From Octopus vulgaris (taxonomy: Eukaryota): DNA of 64,000 bases. A program made the position numbers and the translations under genes. The notes beneath the pieces were generated by a model. It saw only the letters and a program-made list of their open reading frames with translations. It was not told where the DNA came from and ran no database searches. This document shows, in pieces, positions 53,801 to 64,000 of the stretch (positions are counted from its first letter, which is position 1; each line of letters starts with the position of its first letter). The stretch spans positions 126,604,001-126,668,000 of the forward strand of contig OX597814.1 of NCBI GenBank assembly GCA_951406725.2, written 5' to 3'.

Positions 53801-54295
53801 GATGGTCTTGTACCAAAATCTGAAACCAATATTTAGTGATGGTTCTTTACACATTGAGTTCAAATCCAGCCAAGGTCAATTTTGTCTTTCATCCTCCGTA
53901 GATCAATAAAATGTAGTATCAGTCAAGTATTGCAGTTGATTCAATTCTATGAATTATTATATTAGTAAAATACTAATAATTGATCAATATAGAGTGAATC
54001 AAGTTTTGAAGTTGATTTAATATTCTATGTAGCAAATATAGTATTAATAGGCCTATAATGGTAGACTAATATTGTATCACTAAAGTATTGAGGCTTCTTT
54101 AAATTTTTTTTTCTTTCTTTCTTCTTTCATGCATGGCTGTGTGGTAAGAAGCTTGCTTCCCAACTACATCATGGTTCTTGGTTCAGTCCCACTGCATGGA
54201 ACCTTGGGCAGGTGTCTTCTACTATAGCTTCAGGTTGACCAAAGGCTTGTGAATGAATTTGGTAGAGGGAAACTGAATGAAGCCTATTGTATGTA

Positions 54296-54332
<37 letters not shown>

Positions 54333-54350
54333 TCCCTTCCATATCAACTA

Positions 54351-54435
54351 ACTCTGGTGAGCATAAAGTTATATAATGGTATTGTTACCTAACATTCCAC
54401 TGTATTCATTATGCGAAACCGATTGGTAAGATCAG
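54351..54435 (+). ncRNA. Hammerhead-like motif (Penelope type)
   Basis: CTGGTGA-gcataa...ttatgc-GAAACCGATTGGTA-aga; one core substitution. Confidence 0.5.
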
Positions 54436-54444
54436 CCGAAATGG

Positions 54445-56585
54445 ATCATCATCATCGTTTAATGTCCGCTTTCCATGCTGGCGTGGGTAGGACAATTTTA
54501 CTGAAGACTGGCAAACAAGATGGCTGCACCAGGCTCCAATCTGATCTGGCAGAGTTTCTACAGCTGGATGTCCTTCCTAACATCAACCACTCTGAGAGTG
54601 TGGTGGGTGCTTTTGCATGCCACCGGCACAAGGGCCAATCAGGCGGTACTGGCAACAGCCACGCACAAATGGTGTTTTTACGTGCCACCTGCACAGGAGC
54701 CAGACCAGCTGCACTGGCAATGACCTCACTTGAATAATTTTTCGTGTGCCACCAGCACAAGTGACAGTAAGGTGACGCAGGTAACGATCACACTCGAATG
54801 GTGGTTTTTACGAGCAACTGGCACAGAAGCCAGTCAATTGCTCTGGCAATGATCATGCTCAGATGGTGCTCTTAGCGCTCCACTTGCACTGATGCCAATC
54901 ATCGAATTTGATATGATTTCGAGTTCACTTGCCTCAACAGGTCTTCGCAAGCAGAGTTTAGTGTGCAATGAAGAAAAGGTATGCATAAGTGGGCTGGTTA
55001 CACCCCTGGCATAGGCCACGGGTTATGGTCTCACTTGGCTTGCCAGGTCTTCTCAAGCACAGCATATTTCCAGAGGTCTCAGTCCTTAGTCATTGCCTCA
55101 GTGAGGCCTAATGTTCAAAGATCGGGCTTCACAACCTCATCCAAGTTCCCTGAACCGCTAGGGTGTAGCACTTTTTCACACAGCTATCCTCATCCATTCT
55201 CACCACATGGCCATACCAGCGCAGTCGTCTCTCTTGCACACCACATCTGATGATTCTTAGGTCCAACTTTTCTCTCATGGTACTTACACTCTGTCGAGTA
55301 TGCACACTGACATTACACATCCATCGGATCATACTGGCTTCATTCCTTGCAAGCTTACGCATGTCCTCAGCAGTCACAGCCCATGTTTCAGTGCCATGTA
55401 GCATGGCTGTTTATGCACATGCATCATACAGTCTACCTTTTACTTTGTCACTAGCAGAGGTAAGAGCTCTCTGAATTTTGCCCAGGCTATTCTTATTCTA
55501 GAAGCTACACTTTCAGTGCACCCAGCCCTGCTATTAACTTGGTCACCTAGGTAACAGAAGCTTTCAACTACTTATAGTTTTTCTCCCTGGAATGTGGCAG
55601 AAGTTGTTCTCTGCACATTTTCAGTGTTTATTGCTCCTGAGCATCTGCCACATACAAAAACTATCTTCCCAGTTTGCCATCCTTTGATATTGCTGCACCT
55701 CTTATGTGTCCATAGCTTACACTGGGTACATCATATAGAATTTCTACCTATGCCTTTTCTACAGATCAAGCAGGGCCATCTACCTGAAGGGATTTGTGGT
55801 TTGCCTGCCTTCCTACTTATTAGGACTTTGGTTTTAGCTAGGTTGACTCTAAGGCCCTTCGATTCTAATCCTTGTTTCCACACCTGAAACTTCTTCTCTA
55901 GTTCTGATTGTGACTCAGCAATTAGAGCAAGGTCATCAGCATAGAGGAGCTCCCAGGGACATCCTGTCTTGAATTCATCTGTTATTGCCTGGAGGACTAT
56001 GATAAATGGAAGGGGGCTGAGGACTGAACCTTGGTGGACCCCTACCTTTACCCGGAATTCTTCACTGTACTCATTGCCAACCCTCACCTTACTGACAGTG
56101 TCCCTGTAACATGGCTTGCACAGCTCTCACTAACCATTCATCTATCCTTAGTTTCCTCATTGACTACCAGATAAGGGATTAGGAGGACCCTATCAAAGGC
56201 TTTCTCCATGTCAACGAAAGCCAGGTACAGAGGTTTATCTTTGGCTAGGTATTTCTCCTGCAGCTGTCTTACCAGAAATATAGCATCAGAGGCGCTTTTC
56301 CCTGGCATGAACCCAAACTGCATCTCCTCTAAACTGACTCTCCCTAATTAGTTGGGCTATGACCCTCTCCGTGACCTTCATTACCTGATCCAACAACTTG
56401 ATACCTCTTTAATTATTTGTATCTAAAGCGTCACCTTTACTTTGTAGCAGTTGACTATGGTGCTGCTACACCAGTCATTGAGTATGACTTCTTCATGTAT
56501 CACCTGGTTAACTATATGGGTGACTAGGCTATAGCCAACACCGCAAGATATTTTGAGCATCTCTGCAGTGATTCCATCTCTCCAT
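54445..56585 (-). mobile_element. RTE-type LINE RT and 3' end
   Basis: MQFGFMPGKS, FVDMEKAFDRV, GVHQGSVLSP, LLYADDL, MLHGTETW; (GAT)n tail at the low-coordinate end. Confidence 0.92.
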
Positions 56586-58639
56586 CCCATTTTTCCACTA
56601 GCTCCCATTACCTTGCCTCTTTTTCTTTTCTTTTTCTCAACCACTTTTTCTCTTTCTTACCCCTCCTATACTTTTCTTCAAATGAAGGACTAAAATCCAA
56701 AACTTTAGGAATTTTTCCCTTCCTTTTAAGTGTTTTGTTAAAACTTGTCCCTCCTTCTTTTTGTTTACTATTTTTGCAACTGATTTATTATTCCAAAAGT
56801 TTATAAGGTGAACTTGTTAACCATACAGCCATGTTTGTGTGTGGAGGGGGAGGCCTTTGGAAGAGGAATATCAAGAATACTGAAGGAAGAAGTAGCAAAG
56901 GTTGATCTTGTGCTGGTGAGCTTCAAAAAGAAAATGATGAAACCACAGCAAGAAGCTATGCTGGAGAGAATACATCTTCCAACCCATGAGAGCATGGAAA
57001 AATAGATGTAAAAATGACAGAATTTCCATCACCTAGATATCACTCACAAGGCATTGATCAACCTGAGGCTAAAAGTAGAAGACATATGCCTATGGTGGCA
57101 TGCAGTGGAATTGAACTAGGAACTAGGTGATTGCAAAGCAAACATCTTAACCACCTAACCTACATTTACTTGTAACCACTAAAAATGTAAGAAATTTCAA
57201 TTCCAATCACAGACACACCTAAAAAAACTGTACTATGAACATTTATGTACATTTAGTGGGAAATATGATATACAAACTTTAAATGTGACATACATTAAGT
57301 ACATTTTATATATACACACACACACACGCATACAGAAAGTCGTATAAGCACATATATGCATGCATTTATATACATGAAGGGAACCTCTATGTAGCGTCCA
57401 AATTGCTAGAAGTAGTAACCAAATCTCTTTCAAATTACACCTTATGATCTTAAAAAGGAAAGAACACTTTGGATAATGTAATCAGAGATGCAAACTTCTA
57501 AAAAAAAAATAAAGAAAGAAAGAAAGGATACTCAAGGCTAGAAAGCTTTTGGTCAGAACCAGAACAATCTGGAATTAAAGAACAACAATGTATATGTTAT
57601 TGTCTTGTAATTAAAGAAGAATAAAAATGTCCATTTTACATCTGCTGTAATATTTTCCCTACTAAACCATTAGAATAAGATTTAGGTTTTTGTACAATTA
57701 CATTACGCAACAGAAATAATATTTAGAATTTATTTCAAACTGTAATTTTTCTCCTATTCACACCCATTCACCCACTCCTGCCAACATAACTCACTTCATA
57801 GTTCTGTATTTCAATATATCACATAGTAATTAACACTCAGGTGCTATATTAACCAGAGATTAAATAAACACTTTAACCCTACACTCAGGTGTGTAACTAT
57901 ATAACAAAACATTTAGATACAGACAGCTGAGCAATTCAGAAGTCTACTTTCCAGTCATGAGGTTCTAGGTTCAGTTTCACTGTGTGACATCTTGAAATAA
58001 CATGTCTATTCCATAACCTCAGGTCAACCCAAGCCTTGTAAGGGAAATTGAATAAATGGAAGCTGTATAGAAACTTGTTAGATTTTACCAGTAATTCAAA
58101 GGTCAAACCTTATCACAGACATGTTGCATCATGTGATTTAACTTGGGAATTCTGTTAAGGATACGTATTTCTGTGAAATGATCAACCACTTGGGCATTAA
58201 TTTAAGAAACTGGACATTCTACTGGTCAAACAACTGAAAATGCATTAACAAAACTGACACATGAAGATCTGTCATAATAAAACAAACTTTAACCATAACA
58301 ACATTAAATCAGATACAAGTACTTAAGGTTGCTGCAAAACAATGTTGTTTGTTCCTTCTCGACCCATCCCTGGCACATTAGGGCTGGTTTCCTGGTTTTC
58401 TTGGCATATAGGTTTCCCACTTGGATGGGATGCTGGTTCATCGCAGGTGAGCTGCTAGATGCTGGAGGAAACAGTGAGAGAAAGTTGTGGCGAAAGAGTC
58501 AGCAGAAGTTCGCCATTACCTTCTGCCGGAGCCATGTGGAGCTTAGGTGTTTCACTCATAAACACACACATCGCCCAATCTGAGATGCAAACCCATGATC
58601 CCTCGACTGTGAGTCTGCTGCTCTAACCACTAGGCCATT

Positions 58640-59945
58640 GCAAGACAATAGGGTAATAGAAAACAAAGAAGTGAGAAACTCTTCAAAGAGTATAACAGAA
58701 GGAAAAGGAAGACGCATGAAACAAAACCAAATAGACAGAATGTTGTCAAGACAGTGAATATATGGATCATGCTAGTATTAGGATATTCCACTCCTTTTCT
58801 AAAATAGACAAAGATAGAGCTACTGGAATTAGAACTAGGGAGGTGATCACAATGCAAAATGTAAACTACCCTAAAATTAGTATCAATATACTCTACTTAC
58901 AAAAAAGGAAGAAATTTGTAAAATGCAGATGTGCTATTGGGTTTTAAAAAACCATGCTGCACTGAGTGAAGAAAGAATACTGTCTACAACTAGAAATATA
59001 AAAATATTACTGAAACAATGGAAGAGTTCAAGAACAGAATGAAGAACGACAGAACAAATAGCTAGAAAGAGAATTTATACAATAAACTGAGGATGTTGGA
59101 AGTAAAGTTGTGGCTGACAGATAGCAATCTGAAATGAGAAACTGAATCACTAACTATTGCTGTTGCTCAGGAACATGCTATTAGAACAAACTTGATAAAG
59201 ACAAAGAATGATAAAAATCAGAGAGCAAGCACATAATCTGTGGAAAAGAATTATCTCTTAAGTGAATGCAGTGAACTAACACAGGACGAGTACTAGTGCA
59301 GGCATGACTGTGTCTATAAAAGAATGCACTGGAATGCTAACCAAGTGTGTAGATTCAAAGTTACAAAAAAGTGGTATAAACATGAGCCAGAGGTTGGAAT
59401 GATGATTGATAAATGCAAGATTTTATGGGAATAAGGCAGCAAGCTGGCAGAAATGTTAGCACACCGGGCGAAATGCTTAACGGTATTTCATCAGCCATTA
59501 CGTTCTGAGTTCAATTTCCGCCGAGGTCGATTTTGCCTTTCATCCTTTCAGGGTCGATAAATTAAGTACCAGTTGCATACTGGGGTCGATGTAATCAACT
59601 TAATCCCTTTGTTTGTCCCCTCTATGTTTAGCCCCTTGTAGGTAATAAAGAAATAAGATTTTATGGGATTTCTCCATAAAGCCTGATCTTACAATTGAAG
59701 CAATGAGATATGATTGTAGGGAGCAAGAATAAAAGTGTTAGATCATATATTAGAACCAAGCCAGAGAAATAAAGAAATTGTTGGCAACAAAGATGACAAT
59801 TGTGCATTAAGGACAACACCAAAATTACTACCTAAGAAGTTGAAGGATACTGGAATTAAAGCACGCATTATTGACTTGCAGAAAAGATTCATTCTGTAAT
59901 GTGTAGGAATCCTAAGAAAGATTCTTGAGATCTGAGGAGACTTGA
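58640..59945 (+). mobile_element. R4/Dong-like LINE 3' fragment
   Basis: AQEHAIRTN, RHDCVYKRMHW, KKWYKHEP, KILWDF motifs; interrupted by a SINE. Confidence 0.75.
59431..59654 (+). mobile_element. tRNA-derived SINE with 14-bp TSD
   Basis: TSD aagattttatggga at 59417-59430 and 59655-59668; same family as 18824-19238. Confidence 0.9.
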
Positions 59946-60899
59946 TACCAAACCATAAGACAACATTACTACTAACTAAAGTAGCATATAATAGTTTTAT
60001 AATAATAATTTCTTTTTCCCTAGTTTCAGCTCAGAGCTGTGGCCATGCTGATGCACCACCGTTTAATGATAATAATAACAATAATAATCTTTTCTACAAT
60101 TGGCATGAAAACTGAAACTTTGGAGGGTGGGGCTAGTCGATTACATCAACCATAGTGTGTAACTGGTACTTATTTCATTGACCCTGAAAGGATGAAAGGT
60201 AGAGTCAACCTTGAGAGTATGTGAACTCAGAACATAAACATTTTGCCTGGCATGCTAATGATTCTGACAGCTTGCTGCCTTAATAATAATAATGATGATA
60301 ATAATAATAATAAGTAGCAGGACCCATGAATATTTCATGGAATTAATGGTAAATTTATTGGGTTATTTCTGAAAACTTTATCCAAAAAACCTGAAAGCAT
60401 AGCTTGTGTTGTGTCTGTATCAAAAATAGTCACTCATATGCTAATCTTTGAAAAGTGAAGGAAATTGGAATACAATGATTACTTAATGCACTTTATATAT
60501 ACACTTTACAGACTTTATACACAGTGCTCTTTATAGACCTTACACACTGTACACTCCCTTTTTCTCTCTTGTTCTTTGCCTTACCCTTTTTTACTTTCGC
60601 CCCTTCAATTTTTTTTCCTTTTTCCTCTTATTTAAAAGTCATTCAAATAGCTCTTTTGTCTTAATAATGGTCAATTACATAGTAATTTCCTTTTGTTTAA
60701 CGGTCATTTTCATAGCATTTTTGGATTGCCTTGGTAACTGACAAGATGCCAGAGCAGATTTCCGCCCCCCCAACATCCAAAACTTAGAGTTTTATTATGG
60801 CAACCGAATAATTGCCACATATTATATTACAGATAAATTCCTCTATTTACATAATATCGAGGTCTCTTTCATTCTTTTGTTGTCATACCATTACTATTA

Positions 60900-60944
<45 letters not shown>

Positions 60945-61083
60945 CATCATCATCATCATCATTTAACATCCGCTTTCCATGCTAGCATGGGTTGGACTGT
61001 TCAACTGGGGTCTGGGAAGCCCGAAGGCTGCACCAGGCCAGTCAGATCTGGCAGTGTTTCTACAGCTGGATGCCCTTCCTAAC

Positions 61084-61132
<49 letters not shown>

Positions 61133-62549
61133 GCTATTATGCAAAAGTGTCTTAAGTCCAAAACGTTGCTTTTTCAGAAAACAAAAAAAATAGTTTTACC
61201 TTTCCATTTCTTAATACATTAGCAACAGTTTCATCTTAACATTAACACTTTGTTGGGTGCATAAAATTGTAACTCTATGCATGTATGATATTTACAGTCA
61301 GAAATATTTTGCAAAACTGTCATATGTAGGACTTACTACACTTTTGAAAAATGCTAAACTGCTGCACTATACTTTGACAATTTTCATATCTTGGCATCAG
61401 AAGCATATGATAGTTTGACCAAAGCAAAATTAAATATTGGAAAGAACACATTTGGCCAAATTTCGATATACAACAGTTTAACATAATAGCAACAATATAT
61501 TCTGCATTAAATGAAGAAATGGAGACAGTGAAAATTCTGTAAATAATAATAATAATCATAAGCTTTAAATATATAAGCATTCACCATGTATTGACTAAAG
61601 GCAATAGCCTAATATTGGGGCATATAAGCCCTCAACAGTAAAATGGAGGTATTAGTATAAACAGAATTTGAAAGTATATACATTTATATTCATTTCTTCT
61701 TTTACTGGTTTCACTCACTGAACTACTGCCACACTGGAGCACTGCCTTGAAGGAGCTTAGTCGATTATAACAAGTACTTGGGAGAAAACAACATCAGTGC
61801 CAATTTAGAGATAATTATTTAAGCATCTCTAAGATATCTCATCATAGTATATTCCATTAGAGATAAATGCAAATAATAACTAATAGCTGCTCCTGTATAT
61901 TTTCTTGATGCTCACTTTAGAAAAATTGTTCAAGCTCCAGATAATAACTCAGCAAATATTTGAGAAGAACAGATTTTTTAGTGAAATTGCTTAAGTCTAC
62001 TAAAAGCATTTGACTAAGCCTATCATAAAAAAGTTAGTAGAAAACAATATTTATTAAGACAAAGCTACTTTTCAGTAACAAGATGAAAGTAGGAAATACA
62101 TTAACAATTCAGTAATGGCAATTTATGTTCCAGTATTTATTGCATCATCGAAGACAAACTGAAATTCTTGTATGAGAAAATTATTTCTCATTGGGGAATA
62201 TTACTTGTTTAAACTATTTCTTTTGTCTTTTCTTGCAAAAACTTTTATTCAGTAAATTCACTTGTTAATCTGAACACTATTAATACTATGTAATTATGTT
62301 CTGGGGTTTTTTTTTTCTTTTTCAAGAGCTAAATGGAAACTATCAGGTATTTTGTTTCTTTAGACAAATGCGATTGAATGCCCATATAACTCCTACACAT
62401 TAAACAAGGATGGAATTTCTTTACATCAAATTGCTAGTAGTTTTTATCATCAGTGATATAATCATTACATCAACTAATGGTATATTTTCTCTTTTTCAAA
62501 TATCAGTTTAACAATCTTTACGTTTTTTTTTTTACCATATTTCTTTTGA

Positions 62550-63625
62550 AATATGAAGCCCATTCCAGAAGTTTTTCAGGAGAAATATTTATCAATTCCA
62601 AATAAGTACAAAACTCTAATCTCCTTCAAAGTAGAATCCTTTGACTTCAGTGCACTTGTTGTAGCATTCCAGCCACTTCATGAAGGCCCCATGAAAGTAC
62701 TCCAAAATGAGAGTGTCTAGGGGCCTTGTTATAACTACCTTCATCTTAGAAACAACTGCCACTGAGGTTCCCCTTCAGCTTGAAGAACAATCAAAAGTCA
62801 CATGGTGCAAGATTCGGACTGTAGGGAGAATGAAAGAGAGTTTTAATACCCATATCTATAGTTGGTTACCAGGCTGGAATTGTGGTCTGATGCAGATGCC
62901 TTCAATCTGAGTGGAAGAGCTCTGGTCTTTTGCAACAAAATCTCTTTCTGAACTCCCTCAAAGGCTCCGTAGAGACTTTTTGTTGACTATTTGGCTTGAT
63001 GGAACCTAGAGGATGTAGATGATGCCCTTGCTGTCAAAAAAGGGGATCATCATTAACTTCTCAGTGGACTTGCTTTTCCTGACCTTATTTGGGTCTGAAG
63101 GAGCCAGGATATTTCCATTGGGCACTCTGTATCTTGCTCTCTGGATCATAACTGTAGATTCAGTTTTTGTCACAGGTCACCAGAGACTTAGGTGCTCTTG
63201 GACAGTGGGTAATGAGCTCAACCATTTCTTTGCTGTTACCAATGCATTTTTCCTTTTATTCATCACTGAGCAACCCAGGAGCAAATTTTGCACAAACTTT
63301 GTGTATGTTTAGATCTTCATGAATAATTGTGTGTACAGTTGCCACACCAACTCCAAAATGTATGTTTATTGTCTTTATAGACACACTATGACTGTCATCC
63401 AGAAAACTGCAAATTTTCTCAACCAGCTATGATATTCTGGTGTCCTTCTCTCTCCCACACCTCTCATTGTCTCTCACCAGCTCACTACTATCATTGAACC
63501 TCTTGTGCCAGCAAAAAACAGATACTCGACTTGTACAAGTTAATCCATAAGGAATCTGGGGCATTTCATAAATTTCTGAAGCATTTTTCCCTATTTAGCA
63601 CAAAACTTTATTGCATAGTAAGTTT
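62550..63625 (-). mobile_element. Mariner element, heavily degraded
   Basis: VTKTESTVMI and PYSPNLAPCDF-like remnants on the minus strand. Confidence 0.7.
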
Positions 63626-63920
63626 GCAAATTGTCTTCATGTCCCAATTGCATTTTTCAAATTAGTCAGCTGTGGCAAGCCAGGTTTAGTAGAGTGTGTT
63701 CAAAGAGCTGTTAGCCAGCAAAAAACAGATACTCGACTTGTACAAGTTAATCCATAAGGAATCTGGGGCATTTCATAAATTTCTGAAGCATTTTTCCCTA
63801 TTTAGCACAAAACTTTATTGCATAGTAAGTTTGCAAATTGTCTTCATGTCCCAATTGCATTTTTCAAATTAGTCAGCTGTGGCAAGCCAGGTTTAGTAGA
63901 GTGTGTTCAAAGAGCTGTTA
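63507..63920. repeat. Exact 207-bp tandem duplication
   Basis: 63507-63713 appears identical to 63714-63920. Confidence 0.95.
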
Positions 63921-64000
63921 CGGCTCTCCTTCATTCTGGAATTTTAAAAAAAAAGTTGGTAGGTCAGCTTATTAGATGTATAGTAATGATAGAATTATAA

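Noticed and set aside
61335-61540. Possible minus-strand exon with AG acceptor and GTAAGT donor
   Set aside because: The peptide is unrecognisable and has no partner exons; evidence is insufficient.

Overview
AT-rich, repeat-saturated animal genomic DNA, most likely a coleoid cephalopod (Octopus-like), inferred from its SINE families, RTE LINEs with (GAT)n tails and TA/CA microsatellites. Most of the window is decayed transposable elements: mariner/Tc1, hAT MITEs, Helitrons, RTE, CR1/L2, R4-like and CRE LINE fragments, a Gypsy LTR element, Penelope-like elements with hammerhead-ribozyme motifs, and tRNA-derived SINEs. One host coding exon is visible (minus strand, 6848-6934, signal peptide plus GTAAGT donor). 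A visibly CpG-retaining interval (~7.2-22 kb) holds the main finding: a degraded multi-segment endogenous viral element resembling influenza-like orthomyxoviruses (Articulavirales). It comprises a near full-length PB2 pseudogene (+, ~13.78-16.15 kb), a PA C-terminal fragment (-, ~12.39-12.83 kb) and a possible matrix-type segment (-, ~12.86-13.6 kb), next to a ~3.2 kb foldback palindrome. The viral calls rest on manual translation and recalled motifs, not on database searches.
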